NCBI GenBank assembly: GCA_964566505.1
Contig: CAZMIM010000003.1
Location: 16,463 to 80,462 of the forward strand
Length of the DNA stretch: 64,000 nucleotides
Reading direction: 5' to 3'
Source of the DNA: an uncultured Candidatus Saccharibacteria bacterium
GTDB lineage: Bacteria; Patescibacteriota; Minisyncoccia; Phycocordibacterales; PCTT01
Below, piece by piece: positions 1-10,018 of this stretch; within the stretch, counting starts at the first letter, position 1; every line of letters starts with the position of its first letter. Position numbers and translations under genes: made by a program. The notes below the pieces were generated by a model. It saw only the letters and a list, made by a program, of their open reading frames with translations. It did not search any database and had not been told where the DNA came from.

Positions 1-409
1 TTATGATACTTTCAAAAATGAGCCCTTGTTCAAGTGGTGTAAGCAAAAATAGTGCGTTTTCCATTGCTGCAAATCCAAGCGCTGCAGTAATTAGATAAAT
101 AATAGGGTCGATAGGCTCATTATTTGCTCTACTGTGAAGCCCTGCAAAATAAGAGGCAATGTATTTAAATAACTCTTCTGCAAATGCCCAAAGTAGTACA
201 AGCATTGTTATGTTTGCACCAATAAGGCCCTTTATTGCTTTTTCTACAGGCAAAACAGCTAGCGTTGAAAGCATTCCCAAAACAAATGTTGCGATGATGC
301 GCCCTCGGGGCTCAGGTCGTTTTTTGTCTTGGTGAAGCCAAAACCACAACCACAAAAGAGCAGGAAGTACTCCGCCAAGTAGTGCCCAAAATAGTGGATT
401 TGAAAACAT
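1..409 (-). CDS. PrsW-family intramembrane protease, partial (C-terminus lies beyond window start)
   Basis: Minus-strand ATG at 407-409; reading frame stays open to position 1 (136 codons plus 1 nt). Translation MFSNPLFWALLGG...AEELFKY...GFAAMENALF carries the PrsW E-E-x-x-K and F-A-x-x-E-N motifs and several TM helices. Confidence 0.6.
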   Translation of the reverse strand, partial: MFSNPLFWALLGGVLPALLWLWFWLHQDKKRPEPRGRIIATFVLGMLSTLAVLPVEKAIKGLIGANITMLVLLWAFAEELFKYIASYFAGLHSRANNEPIDPIIYLITAALGFAAMENALFLLTPLEQGLIFESII

Positions 410-535
410 AATAGTTAGTATATAGTATTTGGTATTTGGTATGTAGGGATAAAGCTATCTATCAATAGCAGACTTTATTAAGCCAGTTAATAATTTTCCA
501 ACAGTTTCTGACTTGTTTGTATAATCTATAAATTG

Positions 536-820
536 TTAATTTGTTATATATTGCAAATCATTTGCAATAGCAATTTGACTATCTAATTCTAATAGAGATC
601 CTTTTGAAATTGTATAAAAATGTCTTTTATCTTTTGAGGTAGATCTTCCAAAACCTTCCGCAATATTTGAAGTTATTGATATTGCAGCCCTTCTCATTTG
701 GGTATTTAAAGCAAAAAGCTCAGTTTTAGGGAAACTGTCTGTTATTTTGTATATAAACAAAACAAGATTATGTGCTTGTTGCCATGCAGTAAGATCTTTG
801 AATGTTTGTATTTTAGTCAT
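536..820 (-). CDS. four-helix-bundle protein (23S rRNA intervening-sequence protein family, TIGR02436-like)
   Basis: 94 aa: FKDLTAWQQAHNLVLFIYKIT..FPK.ELFALNTQMRRAAISITSNIAEGFGR matches the conserved four-helix-bundle signature. Confidence 0.8.
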   Translation of the reverse strand: MTKIQTFKDLTAWQQAHNLVLFIYKITDSFPKTELFALNTQMRRAAISITSNIAEGFGRSTSKDKRHFYTISKGSLLELDSQIAIANDLQYITN

Positions 821-851
821 GGCCTATATACAAAATACTACATACTAAATA

Positions 852-3050
852 CTACTTTGGCCATTTCTCCACAAGAAGAAGTTTCTTGTTTGCGATAGGA
901 AGATGCTCCCATACCTCTTCCGTAATATATGGCATAAATGGATGAAGCATTTTTGTGATTGTTTCAAGTATATATACAAGTGTCCACACTGCACTCCGAG
1001 TATCACCCGATGTTCCTTCTTGAAGGCGCTCTTTGCTTTCCTCAAGTATTACATCTGCAAATCTATGCCATGCATAGTGGTATAGTTTTTCTCCCGCAAG
1101 ATGTAGACGGTATTCTTCAATATCTCTTGTTACATCCTTAACAAGTTTGTGTAGTTCATCAATATATGTTTGGTCAACAGGTTTTATTTCTGGTTTGTGT
1201 TCATAAATAAATGTTTCAGGAATATTTGAAAGAACAAATCGGGTTATGTTCCAAAGTTTGTTAGAGAAGTGTCGGTACGCCTTTACTTTGGCATCTCCAA
1301 TAGAATTGTCAGCACCCGGCCCAACACCTACAATAAGCGCCATTCTGAGTGCATCTGCCCCATATTTTTCTATGTATTCAAGTGGGTCCACAATGTTTCC
1401 AAGCGATTTGGACATTTTTCGTCCTTTTTCGTCACGCACAAGACCATGTAGATATACTGTTTTAAAAGGGATATCACCAAGTAGGAATCCGCTCATTAAA
1501 ATCATTCGTGCCACCCAGAAAAATATAATGTCGTATCCGGTTTCAAGTAGGTTTGTGGGGTGGTATGTGTTTAGGTCGTCTGTTTGCTCAGGCCATCCAA
1601 GTGTTGAGAATGTCCAAAGACCTGAAGAGAACCATGTATCAAGTGTGTCAGGGTCTTGTGTCCATCCATTCTCATCAGGCGCATCTACACCAACGTGTAT
1701 TTCACTTCCTTTGTACCAAACTGGTATTTGGTGTCCGTACCATATTTGTCGTGAAATATTCCAATCACGAAGATTATCAATCCATTGGAAATATGTTTTT
1801 TCAAAACGATCAGGAATAATCTCGATATGCTTATCGCGCACAACATGCTGCATGATATTTTTGAGTGTTGTTTGTGAGCCACTTTCAATTCCAGGAATGT
1901 TTGAGTGAGGAAGTGTGAATTCTTTATTTACGTTTACAAACCACTGGTTGAGTATTTGCGGTTCGATGATTCCACCACCTCGTGAGTTTGTGGCTATTTT
2001 GTTTGTGTATTCATCATCAATCTTTACTACCAAACCTTTTTCATCAAGTTTTTTAATGATTTCTTCTCGAGCAACCTTTATCTTTTGCCCCTCAAACTCT
2101 TTTGCCACTGGAAGAAGCTTTCCGTAAAGGTCTATGATTTGCTCTTTATCAAGGTCGTATTTCTCTGCCAGCTCAAAGTCAGCAACAGAGTGCCAAGGTG
2201 TAATAGTCATAACACCTGTACCAAAGTCCATATCAATCATTTCATCTTTTATGATTGTTGTAGTGATTGGTCCATTTATCCATTCAATTTCGAGCTCTTG
2301 TCCGTGCTCGTACTTTTTATATCGAGGATCTTCTGGGTGCATTACCACATATTTATCACCAAACTTTGTTTCAGGTCGTGCAGTACCAATTACAAATGGG
2401 CCGTATTGTAGATAATAAAATGGAGTTGTTTGCTCCATATACTCTATCTCATCGTCAGACACGGTTGTTTGCATCTTTGGGTCCCAGTTTACGATTCGCT
2501 CTCCTCGATAAATAAGGCCTGCTTCATACATGCGAGTAAATGCTGTGCGTACTGCAAACTCTCGTTCTCCATCGAGGGTGTATGCCTCTCGAGACCAGTC
2601 GACAGATGCTCCCATTTGAGCGACTTGAGACACTATTGTGTCATGGCTTTCTTGTGCAAACTTTTCAACTCGCTTGAGGAATTCATCACGCCCAAGGTCG
2701 TGCCTGTTTTTCTTTTCTTTTTTATACAACTCTTTTTCTACCTTTGACTGTGTTGCAATGGCTGCGTGGTCTGTACCAGGTATCCAAAGTGTTTTCTTTC
2801 CGTTCATTCTCTGGTATCGCACTACGATATCTTCAATCGCAAGCATGCTAGCGTGGCCAGTGTGTAGTGTACCCGTAACATTTGGTGGTGGAAGTACGAT
2901 AGAAAAAGCTTCTGCGTCAGCTTTTGTGACACCTTTTTCTACGCATATATCTGGGTTAAAAAACCCACTGTTTTTCCAGAGGGAATATATTCGTCCTTCT
3001 GTTTCATTAAAATCGTAGGGAGATAGGAATTTTTCTGGTATTTCTCTCAT
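852..3050 (-). CDS. valS: valine--tRNA ligase (class I; short form lacking C-terminal coiled coil)
   Basis: PPPNVTGTLHTGHA HIGH-region and KMSKSLGN motif; ValRS-type N-terminus PYDFNETEGRIY..W. Confidence 0.88.
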   Translation of the reverse strand: MREIPEKFLSPYDFNETEGRIYSLWKNSGFFNPDICVEKGVTKADAEAFSIVLPPPNVTGTLHTGHASMLAIEDIVVRYQRMNGKKTLWIPGTDHAAIATQSKVEKELYKKEKKNRHDLGRDEFLKRVEKFAQESHDTIVSQVAQMGASVDWSREAYTLDGEREFAVRTAFTRMYEAGLIYRGERIVNWDPKMQTTVSDDEIEYMEQTTPFYYLQYGPFVIGTARPETKFGDKYVVMHPEDPRYKKYEHGQELEIEWINGPITTTIIKDEMIDMDFGTGVMTITPWHSVADFELAEKYDLDKEQIIDLYGKLLPVAKEFEGQKIKVAREEIIKKLDEKGLVVKIDDEYTNKIATNSRGGGIIEPQILNQWFVNVNKEFTLPHSNIPGIESGSQTTLKNIMQHVVRDKHIEIIPDRFEKTYFQWIDNLRDWNISRQIWYGHQIPVWYKGSEIHVGVDAPDENGWTQDPDTLDTWFSSGLWTFSTLGWPEQTDDLNTYHPTNLLETGYDIIFFWVARMILMSGFLLGDIPFKTVYLHGLVRDEKGRKMSKSLGNIVDPLEYIEKYGADALRMALIVGVGPGADNSIGDAKVKAYRHFSNKLWNITRFVLSNIPETFIYEHKPEIKPVDQTYIDELHKLVKDVTRDIEEYRLHLAGEKLYHYAWHRFADVILEESKERLQEGTSGDTRSAVWTLVYILETITKMLHPFMPYITEEVWEHLPIANKKLLLVEKWPK

Positions 3051-3083
3051 ATGTAAAGAAATAATACCATTTTTAGCGCTATT

Positions 3084-4244
3084 TTAAAGGCGTGTATTAC
3101 CATTTGCCTTTAGAGCATCTGGATTTTCCAAAGAGTTTTCAATATGTGATAGTCCTGCTATTCCTATCATGATTGCATTGTCTCCTTGGATGTCTTTTTC
3201 TGGAGATAGAAATGTAACTCCACTTTCTTTGCAAAGATTTTCTAGTGTTTTTTGTATATGTTTGTTTGCACTTACTCCACCACCGAGAATTAGTGTTGAA
3301 GGATTGTATTGTGTGATTGCATGCTTTACCTTTTTCTCTAGTACATCACTTACAGCATTTTCAAACTCAAGTGATATTTCTCCCACCAAATCTTCATTTA
3401 TAGAATCGTGCTTTTTGAGCTCATATAGTACTGCTGTCTTGAGTCCTGAAAATGAGAAGTCCAAATTATCATAATGAAGCATCGGGCGGGGTAGTAAGAT
3501 ATTTGGTGTAACATTATTTTCTCGAGCATTTTGGGCATGTTTTGAAATTTCTGGCCCACCAGGGTATGAGAGCCCTAGCATGCGAGCAACTTTATCAAAA
3601 CTTTCTCCCACGGCATCATCGCGCGTCTCTCCAATGATTTCGTATTCACCCCAGTTTTTTACTAGTACAAGCTGGGTGTGTCCACCAGATATAAGAAGAG
3701 AGAGGAGGGGGAATTCTACTTCTGGAATCTCAAACTGATTCTCTTTTTTAAATACAGAAAAGATATGCCCTTCCATATGATTTACAGGGATGATAGGAAT
3801 ATCCCACAGAGCAGATATTGCTTGAGCAGTAGTTACGCCCACCCATAGCGCTGGCTCAAGACCAGGCCCATATGTGATGGCAATGTGGTCTATGTCAGGC
3901 TTTTTTATTTGAGATGAAAGTGTGATGAGAGCTTCAGCAAGCTCTGGTTCTCTAGATAAAAATTCTCTTACTTTTTCTTTTTTCTCCTCAGATACATTTT
4001 CAACTTCTGCAGAACTTGAGGACATGTCTGCATCGGTTAGAGCTTTTGCAAGGAGAGGAATAATGTTTTTTGCATGCTCTCGCTTTGCGATAGTAGGGTA
4101 GACACCTCCATACTCTTTGTGGAGTTCTATTTGAGAATTAAGTGCATGCGAAAGCACCTCACCCTCTATTTTAGGGCTTGTTTCTCCTTTAAGTATTGCT
4201 ATAGATGTCTCATCACAGCTTGTTTCTATTGCAAGTATGTTCAT
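3084..4244 (-). CDS. tsaD: tRNA N6-adenosine threonylcarbamoyltransferase TsaD (Kae1/Gcp family)
   Basis: MNILAIETSCDETSIAI N-terminus typical of TsaD. Start placed at the ATG at 4242-4244 because the longer ORF would run into the tRNA gene at 4245-4319. Confidence 0.85.
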   Translation of the reverse strand: MNILAIETSCDETSIAILKGETSPKIEGEVLSHALNSQIELHKEYGGVYPTIAKREHAKNIIPLLAKALTDADMSSSSAEVENVSEEKKEKVREFLSREPELAEALITLSSQIKKPDIDHIAITYGPGLEPALWVGVTTAQAISALWDIPIIPVNHMEGHIFSVFKKENQFEIPEVEFPLLSLLISGGHTQLVLVKNWGEYEIIGETRDDAVGESFDKVARMLGLSYPGGPEISKHAQNARENNVTPNILLPRPMLHYDNLDFSFSGLKTAVLYELKKHDSINEDLVGEISLEFENAVSDVLEKKVKHAITQYNPSTLILGGGVSANKHIQKTLENLCKESGVTFLSPEKDIQGDNAIMIGIAGLSHIENSLENPDALKANGNTRL

Positions 4245-4319
4245 TGGCGACCCCACGGGGAATCGAACCCCGATTTCCACCGTGAAAGGGTGATGTCCTA
4301 GCCGTTAGACGATGGGGCC
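4245..4319 (-). tRNA. tRNA-Glu (anticodon UUC), CCA encoded
   Basis: Minus-strand read GGCCCCATCGTCTAACGGCTAGGACATCACCCTTTCACGGTGGAAATCGGGGTTCGATTCCCCGTGGGGTCGCCA. Acceptor 7 bp, anticodon stem TCACC/GGTGG, loop CTTTCAC giving anticodon TTC, T-loop TTCGATT. Confidence 0.85.
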
Positions 4320-4566
4320 AAAATCGGTAACTAAGAATATACCATGTTATTGAAAAATATGAAGTAATAGTTATTTCTATCCACATAAGAACCTATATAT
4401 TTCGTGGTACTCTTTTAATAATGAACCCCGTAGTATAAATTAGTTCGTTAAAGTAGTGCTAACTACTTTAACAGAGATTAATTAGACCTACTGGGGTAAT
4501 AAGAGATAAATTTGGTTTTATTGAAATCACTTTGTCTAATTAATCAAACTAATTTTTTACTACGGG

Positions 4567-5742
4567 ATGAAACTCAAGCTCCTCGACTACGACAAGGTTA
4601 GTTTTAATGCAAACATAATACACCTCTACCTAAACCGGCTGTTGATGCAGATTGGTATTGGTATTTTTGGTATTTTTGGAACTATTTTCTTTTATGAGAA
4701 GTTTGGAAACTCAATATTGAAAGTGCTCGTTCTGTATGCGCTACACTATTTCCTTTTTGTGATTGTGACTCATGTTGGTGCAAAGCTTATAGGTCGTATA
4801 GGAATGAAGAAAATGATGATTATTGCTGTTCTTTTCTTCACTCTTTCTGTGGTATCTAGGTTTATGTGGGAAGGAAATCCTGCATTGTGGCTCGTAGTAT
4901 TTTTCTTTGCATTTGCTGTATATAAGATGCTGTATTGGATACCGTATCATGTTGAATTTGCATCCTTTACAGATAAGAAAATGCGCGGAAAACAAATGGC
5001 AGTATTTTCAAATGTATCGCAAGGAGTTCTAGCGCTCACTCCACTTATTGGTGGATTTATTCTATCTATTAGCGGGTATGAAATGCTTTTTCTTATTGCT
5101 TCTGTGATTATATTTATTTCTGTTATACCGCTTTTTTATATAAAAGAAACAAAAGAGAAATATGTTTGGAGTGCACCAAAGCTAGTGGAGAAAATGCTCA
5201 GCAGAAAATATCGTGGAGTTGTGGTTTCAGAGATAGGGAATGGAGTACAAAACGCGGTTGGTTCTGTGGTGTGGCCTATATTTATATTCTTGGTTCTTGA
5301 TGGAGACTATCTATCAGTCGGTGCTATTTCTTCTATCACAATTGTTGCGATTATTGCACTTGGGTTTGTGGTAGGAACATTAATTGATAAGTGGGGAAGA
5401 GCACGAGTACTTAAAATTGGCTCAGCTCTATATACCACGGGTTGGATATTTAAGGTGTTTGTAGGAACCGGATTTGGTGTATTTCTTTCTGATATATATC
5501 ACAACTTTGGAAAGGTGGTGAATAAGCTTTCGTTTGATACATCTGTTTATGATCATGCTGCAGATGAAGGGCACTTTATAGATGAAATCACTGTGCTAAA
5601 GGAGACATCACTTCTGCTTGGAAAAGGGGCGATGTTTATTGCATCTATATTTATTATTTCGATGCTTGGTATTACAGCAACATTCCTATTTGCAGCTATC
5701 GCTAGCATCTTCATGACCCTCATTACTCGGGAGGCAAAATAA
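4567..5742 (+). CDS. multi-pass membrane transporter, probably MFS family
   Basis: 391 aa with about 12 predicted hydrophobic helices and two 6-helix halves; no specific substrate motif recognised. Confidence 0.5.
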   Translation: MKLKLLDYDKVSFNANIIHLYLNRLLMQIGIGIFGIFGTIFFYEKFGNSILKVLVLYALHYFLFVIVTHVGAKLIGRIGMKKMMIIAVLFFTLSVVSRFMWEGNPALWLVVFFFAFAVYKMLYWIPYHVEFASFTDKKMRGKQMAVFSNVSQGVLALTPLIGGFILSISGYEMLFLIASVIIFISVIPLFYIKETKEKYVWSAPKLVEKMLSRKYRGVVVSEIGNGVQNAVGSVVWPIFIFLVLDGDYLSVGAISSITIVAIIALGFVVGTLIDKWGRARVLKIGSALYTTGWIFKVFVGTGFGVFLSDIYHNFGKVVNKLSFDTSVYDHAADEGHFIDEITVLKETSLLLGKGAMFIASIFIISMLGITATFLFAAIASIFMTLITREAK

Positions 5743-5772
5743 AACAGCTCAAGATTGAGCCGTTTTATTTTT
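5743..5772. terminator. intrinsic terminator hairpin (ACAGCTCAA-GAT-TTGAGCCGT) with T-run, bidirectional
   Basis: 9-bp stem with one mismatch followed by TTTTATTTTT. Sits between the convergent MFS (+) and trxB (-) genes. Confidence 0.6.
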
Positions 5773-6691
5773 ACTTTGCTTTGAGGTAGAGATATATATC
5801 CTCGAGTGCTTTTACAGCATCTCCTGCGGCAATATTGTTTTGATGGTATAGTCCGTCTGTTACATCACCAGCTGCCCATATTCCTTCTATAGAAGTGCGT
5901 TGTGTCCGCGGGTCTACAACAATTTGTCCGTATTGTGTGGTTTCTACAATATCTTTTACAAACTCGCTTGTTGGCACAGCACCAATCTCTACAAACACAC
6001 CAGTTACATCAAGTTTGTGTTCTTCTCCAGAAACTTTATCTTTGTATGAAATACCGTCTACCATGTTTTCTCCATGTACTTCTGTAACTTCTGCATTAAG
6101 TATTCCTGTCATGTTCTCATGCGCGAGCACTTTCTCTACTGTTACTGGATCTGCTTTGTATGCATCATTTCGATGAAGGAGAGTTACGCTTTTTGCGTAT
6201 GCAAGTAGTTGTGAAGCGCTTTCAAATCCTGCATTTCCTCCACCGACTACCACTACATCTTGTCCGCTAAATAGTGGGCCATCACATGTAGCGCAATATG
6301 TAAGTCCTTTGTGTTCTAGTCGGTCAGCGCCAGGAACGTTCATCTTTCTTCGGTGGCTTCCTGTTGTTACAAGCACTGCTTGTGCATCATATGAGTCTTT
6401 TCCTGTAGTTACCTTAAATCCGCCATCAATCTTTTCTACTTTCTCTACAAGCTCTCCATCTTTTACCTCGAGTACTTCTCCTTGATATTTCTCTACATGA
6501 TTTCGGAATGATTTTGCCAAATCAGCACCAGAAATAGAAGGGAAGCCAATCCAGTTTTGGATGTCTGGAGACACAACAGACTGCCCGCCAAATTCTCCGG
6601 TAATAAGAAGTGTTTTAAGTTGTTTTCGGGCTGCATATACTGCTGCTGATGAGCCTCCAGGCCCCGCTCCGATGATTATAAGGTCGTACAT
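5771..6691 (-). CDS. trxB: thioredoxin-disulfide reductase
   Basis: IIGAGPGG FAD motif, redox-active CATCDG, second GGGNAG NADPH motif; 306 aa. Confidence 0.88.
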   Translation of the reverse strand: MYDLIIIGAGPGGSSAAVYAARKQLKTLLITGEFGGQSVVSPDIQNWIGFPSISGADLAKSFRNHVEKYQGEVLEVKDGELVEKVEKIDGGFKVTTGKDSYDAQAVLVTTGSHRRKMNVPGADRLEHKGLTYCATCDGPLFSGQDVVVVGGGNAGFESASQLLAYAKSVTLLHRNDAYKADPVTVEKVLAHENMTGILNAEVTEVHGENMVDGISYKDKVSGEEHKLDVTGVFVEIGAVPTSEFVKDIVETTQYGQIVVDPRTQRTSIEGIWAAGDVTDGLYHQNNIAAGDAVKALEDIYLYLKAK

Positions 6692-6746
6692 ATACGTTTT
6701 AATTATTATTGAATCCTAGTATAACACGGAAAACTAAACTAAAAGA

Positions 6747-6776
6747 AAACCCCGCGGATGCGGGGTTTTTGCTATT
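6747..6776 (-). terminator. intrinsic terminator downstream of ftsZ
   Basis: AAAACCCCGCGGATGCGGGGTTTTTGC hairpin with flanking T/A runs. Confidence 0.55.
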
Positions 6777-7983
6777 TAAGCTTGCTTCGTCTTAGGAACG
6801 CTGGAACCGCGTCCCATTCATCGTCGTCATCCTTTTTATCCTCTTCTTTCTTGTCTTTTCGCTCTACTTTTCCTTTTGTGACTTTCTCTACTGCGTCATA
6901 CATGTCTTTTTTCTTTTTGTCTTCTTTGGTTTCTTCTTCCTCTTTTTTCTCCTCTTTTTCGTCATTTGCGGCAATAGTTGAGCCAAAGAGTGGTTGGCTA
7001 TTTCCTGTGCCGTGGATTACTGCTCCTTCAGGGAATCCTGATGCGATTACAGTAACCTTAACCTCATTCTTCTTGAGCTTCTCATCCTTAATAGCACCAA
7101 AGATAACTTTTGCATTTGGATCGATTGATTCAGTAATAATCTTTGCAGCTTCTTGGATTTCGTGCATCGCAAGATCTTCACCTCCAGCGATGGCAAATAG
7201 TACTCCTTTAGCTCCATCGATTGATACGTCAAGTAATGGTGATGAGATTGCCATTTGCGCAGCCTCTGTTGCTCGGTTGTCTCCATTTGCTTTTCCGATA
7301 CCCATGAGAGCAGAACCTGCATTTTCCATAACAGAACGGATGTCTGCGAAGTCCACGTTAATGATACCTGGAGTAGTGATAAGGTCAGAGATTCCTTCTA
7401 CGGCCTCTCGTAGTACCTCATCTGCCATTGCAAATGCTTCTGTTGCAGTAGTTTCCTTCTTTACAGTTTGAAGTAGTCGGTCGTTTGGAATAACGATAAG
7501 TGCGTCCACTTCTCTTTGGAGTGCCTCGAGTCCCGCTGTTGCGATACGCATTCTTTGTGTTCCTTCAAAGAAGAATGGCTTTGTCACTACACCAACAGTA
7601 AGTGCTCCAAGCTCCCGTGCTGTCTTTGCAACCACAGGGCTTGCTCCAGTACCAGTACCACCTCCCATTCCGGCTGTGATAAATACCATGTCAGCACCTT
7701 TGAGTGCTCCTTGGATTTCTTCTTTTGTTTCTTCTGCTGCTCGTTGTCCGAGCTCTGGGTTCATACCAGTACCAAGCCCTTTGGTAAGGTTTTTACCGAT
7801 ATGAATTTTCTTTTTAGCTTTTGAGTGATGCAGGTCTTGTGCATCTGTATTAACCGCGATGAATTCAACACCTCCAACTTTTGAACGCACCATGTGGTTT
7901 ACGGCATTACCTCCAGAACCACCGTTTCCTACGACTTTGATTCGTGCAAATGTTTCAACTGCGGGTTCGATTTTTTTGGACAT
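6772..7983 (-). CDS. ftsZ: cell division GTPase FtsZ
   Basis: GGGTGTG tubulin signature and NTDAQ motif; K/E-rich linker and conserved C-terminal peptide [12 protein letters not shown]. Confidence 0.95.
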   Translation of the reverse strand: MSKKIEPAVETFARIKVVGNGGSGGNAVNHMVRSKVGGVEFIAVNTDAQDLHHSKAKKKIHIGKNLTKGLGTGMNPELGQRAAEETKEEIQGALKGADMVFITAGMGGGTGTGASPVVAKTARELGALTVGVVTKPFFFEGTQRMRIATAGLEALQREVDALIVIPNDRLLQTVKKETTATEAFAMADEVLREAVEGISDLITTPGIINVDFADIRSVMENAGSALMGIGKANGDNRATEAAQMAISSPLLDVSIDGAKGVLFAIAGGEDLAMHEIQEAAKIITESIDPNAKVIFGAIKDEKLKKNEVKVTVIASGFPEGAVIHGTGNSQPLFGSTIAANDEKEEKKEEEETKEDKKKKDMYDAVEKVTKGKVERKDKKEEDKKDDDDEWDAVPAFLRRSKLK

Positions 7984-8111
7984 GAAAACGTCTTTTACTA
8001 CCTAATAATCTGAATATAAGAGGCTATTTCTCCACTTCTTATTTGTATCTAGACGATACCACAAAAGCGCTCTGTTACGCACTTGACAGGTACAGTAAAG
8101 GAGTTCTGTAC

Positions 8112-9272
8112 TTACGGCAGAAGCCGTTTTAGGAGTGACATTACCCCTTCTTTTGCATTGCCAGGGATAAATGAAGGGCCATCGTCTTGGGTGCTTACAC
8201 CAATTAGCGCAAGTCCGTAGGCTACTGCCCATGTTGCGTCTTGTACATAGTTTCCATTATGGATATGTACACGACCTACTTCTGAAGGAAGGTTGAGTGT
8301 TGCTTTGGCCAAATCAGCAATTGTTGTTACTCCTGAGCCTCCTCCGGTCATAATGATTCCTGCAGGGAGCATTGCTTGTTTTTGGATATCTTTTAGGTAC
8401 GAATCGATAAGTTCAAAAATATTTTTCAGTCTCTTTACTACAATCTCATCAAGTTTTTGTCGTGAGAAGTCTGCTCCAGTGATACCACCAAGTTTTATCT
8501 GCTCTGCTTCTTCTAGTGGGACCTTTAGTCCGAGCGCAATGTCATTTGTAATATCTGTTGCACCTGTTTGGAATACCTTAAGTGCAATAGGAATATTATT
8601 TTCAAATACCACAAGTGATACTGTCTCAGAACCAATGTTTGCAAGCACACATCCAGCGATTTTTTGTGCTTTTGAAAGAGTTACGATACTTGCTGCAAGA
8701 GGACTTGCTATCACATCGCGCACCTTGATGCCTATATTTTCTACAGCTTCTACCAAGTCATTGAGGTGTTGCTCAAGACATGTGATAAAAAGCGTCTCAA
8801 CCTCTAGCTTTACGCCTTTCATTCCAGCAGGTCGTCCAAGGATTTCGCGCCCATCAATACTGTATCGAAGTGGTACAGCTGTGAGGATTTTTCTGTTTAC
8901 AATTGCTGGTTTTGGGATAGCGTCTTCTGAAGCTTCTCCAGCTTTTTCTACATCAAGACCTGTGATTTCGTTGTCGCCACGAGATATGATAGCTGAACCT
9001 TTTGCTCGTACAGACTCAAGGCTCACGCCTCCAATAGAAACATGAGCTTCTTTTATTGAAACACCCGATGTTTTCTCTGCTTGCTCAATAGCACGCTTGA
9101 GTGAGCGTGATACATCGGCTGTGTTGATGATGTACCCATAGCGAAGACCGCGCGATTCTGCGTATCCTTTGCCGATAATCTTTGGGTGTGGATACTCTTT
9201 ACTGCGCTCAGCAACAGCAACTTTGATTTGATATGTTCCAATATCTATACCAACTGCGATGTTTTTACCCAT
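8112..9272 (-). CDS. ftsA: cell division protein FtsA
   Basis: Actin-like ATPase; GIDIGTYQIKVAV N-terminus and GGGSGV phosphate-2 motif. Lies directly upstream of ftsZ. Confidence 0.9.
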   Translation of the reverse strand: MGKNIAVGIDIGTYQIKVAVAERSKEYPHPKIIGKGYAESRGLRYGYIINTADVSRSLKRAIEQAEKTSGVSIKEAHVSIGGVSLESVRAKGSAIISRGDNEITGLDVEKAGEASEDAIPKPAIVNRKILTAVPLRYSIDGREILGRPAGMKGVKLEVETLFITCLEQHLNDLVEAVENIGIKVRDVIASPLAASIVTLSKAQKIAGCVLANIGSETVSLVVFENNIPIALKVFQTGATDITNDIALGLKVPLEEAEQIKLGGITGADFSRQKLDEIVVKRLKNIFELIDSYLKDIQKQAMLPAGIIMTGGGSGVTTIADLAKATLNLPSEVGRVHIHNGNYVQDATWAVAYGLALIGVSTQDDGPSFIPGNAKEGVMSLLKRLLP

Positions 9273-9320
9273 AATAATTAGAATAAGAGAAAACCATCTA
9301 CACCGCTTGGTGTGTTATGG

Positions 9321-9719
9321 CTATATATGAAAAAGTGTTCTCACTTTTTCTTCCTCAGATTCCATTGTACTACCATGGTCAAACCCTTTCAAATGGAAAA
9401 GTCCGTGTATAAATAGGTATCCTGCAAATTTATCTTCTTCGCGTTCGAAGTCTCTTGCTTCGCGCTCGAGAGCATCTACATTTATAAAAATCTCTCCTGA
9501 TGTCTCAGAAAGCGGGAAAGAAAGCACATTAGTAGGGTAGTCTTTTTCGCGATATTCACGGTTGAGCTTTTGGCACTCATCGTCATCTACAAAAACAAGA
9601 CTTAGTTCGTACTCCTCACCAAGAATATGGTTTTTAATATCAAGAAATGGCACGCTGTCAAAAGAGAGCGTGCCGGGATCTGTGCGAGTTATTGAAAATG
9701 TCTCACTATTTCTTGTCAT
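9321..9719 (-). CDS. ybeY: rRNA maturation endoribonuclease YbeY
   Basis: TNVLSFP motif and H-x3-H-x5-H zinc site (IHGLFHLKGFDH). Confidence 0.85.
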   Translation of the reverse strand: MTRNSETFSITRTDPGTLSFDSVPFLDIKNHILGEEYELSLVFVDDDECQKLNREYREKDYPTNVLSFPLSETSGEIFINVDALEREARDFEREEDKFAGYLFIHGLFHLKGFDHGSTMESEEEKVRTLFHI

Positions 9720-9978
9720 TAGATAGAGTAGTAAGTGCGTAGTGTCGCTTGTTGTCTTTTAGTTTTCCAAGCTTGATGAGCTTTTCAGCTGCGTTTTGCT
9801 TTTTGATAGAACGAAGCGCTTGCTTTTTCTTCATATTAGAAGAAAGCTCTCGGCTTCGGTATCGCAATGACTTTGCCTTTCGCACCACACCTGATGAACG
9901 TGCGTGTCGAGAAAATCGCCGCATTACGCTTGCGGTGCTTTCATTGCTTTTTGCTTGTATATCGCTATTTACTGCCAT
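9706..9978 (-). CDS. rpsU: 30S ribosomal protein S21
   Basis: ESTASVMRRFSRHARSSGVVRKAKSLRYRS aligns with the bS21 core [31 protein letters not shown]. Start set at the internal Met (MAVNSD). Confidence 0.6.
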   Translation of the reverse strand: MAVNSDIQAKSNESTASVMRRFSRHARSSGVVRKAKSLRYRSRELSSNMKKKQALRSIKKQNAAEKLIKLGKLKDNKRHYALTTLSNDKK

Positions 9979-10018
9979 AGTAGAGCACAGATTACTATAC
10001 TTATACAAAGGACGCAAG

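Noticed and set aside
1246-3018. Several 60-220 aa plus-strand ORFs inside the valS locus
   Set aside because: All are antisense to the strongly supported ValRS reading frame and have no motifs.
3084-4280. Longer tsaD ORF starting MEIGVRFPVGSP
   Set aside because: The first 12 codons overlap the tRNA-Glu gene. The conserved TsaD N-terminus begins at the internal Met (MNILAIETSCDETS).
6758-7471. 237-aa Ser-rich ORF on the plus strand
   Set aside because: Lies entirely antisense to ftsZ; low-complexity translation produced by the complementary strand of K/E/G-rich codons. No independent signals.
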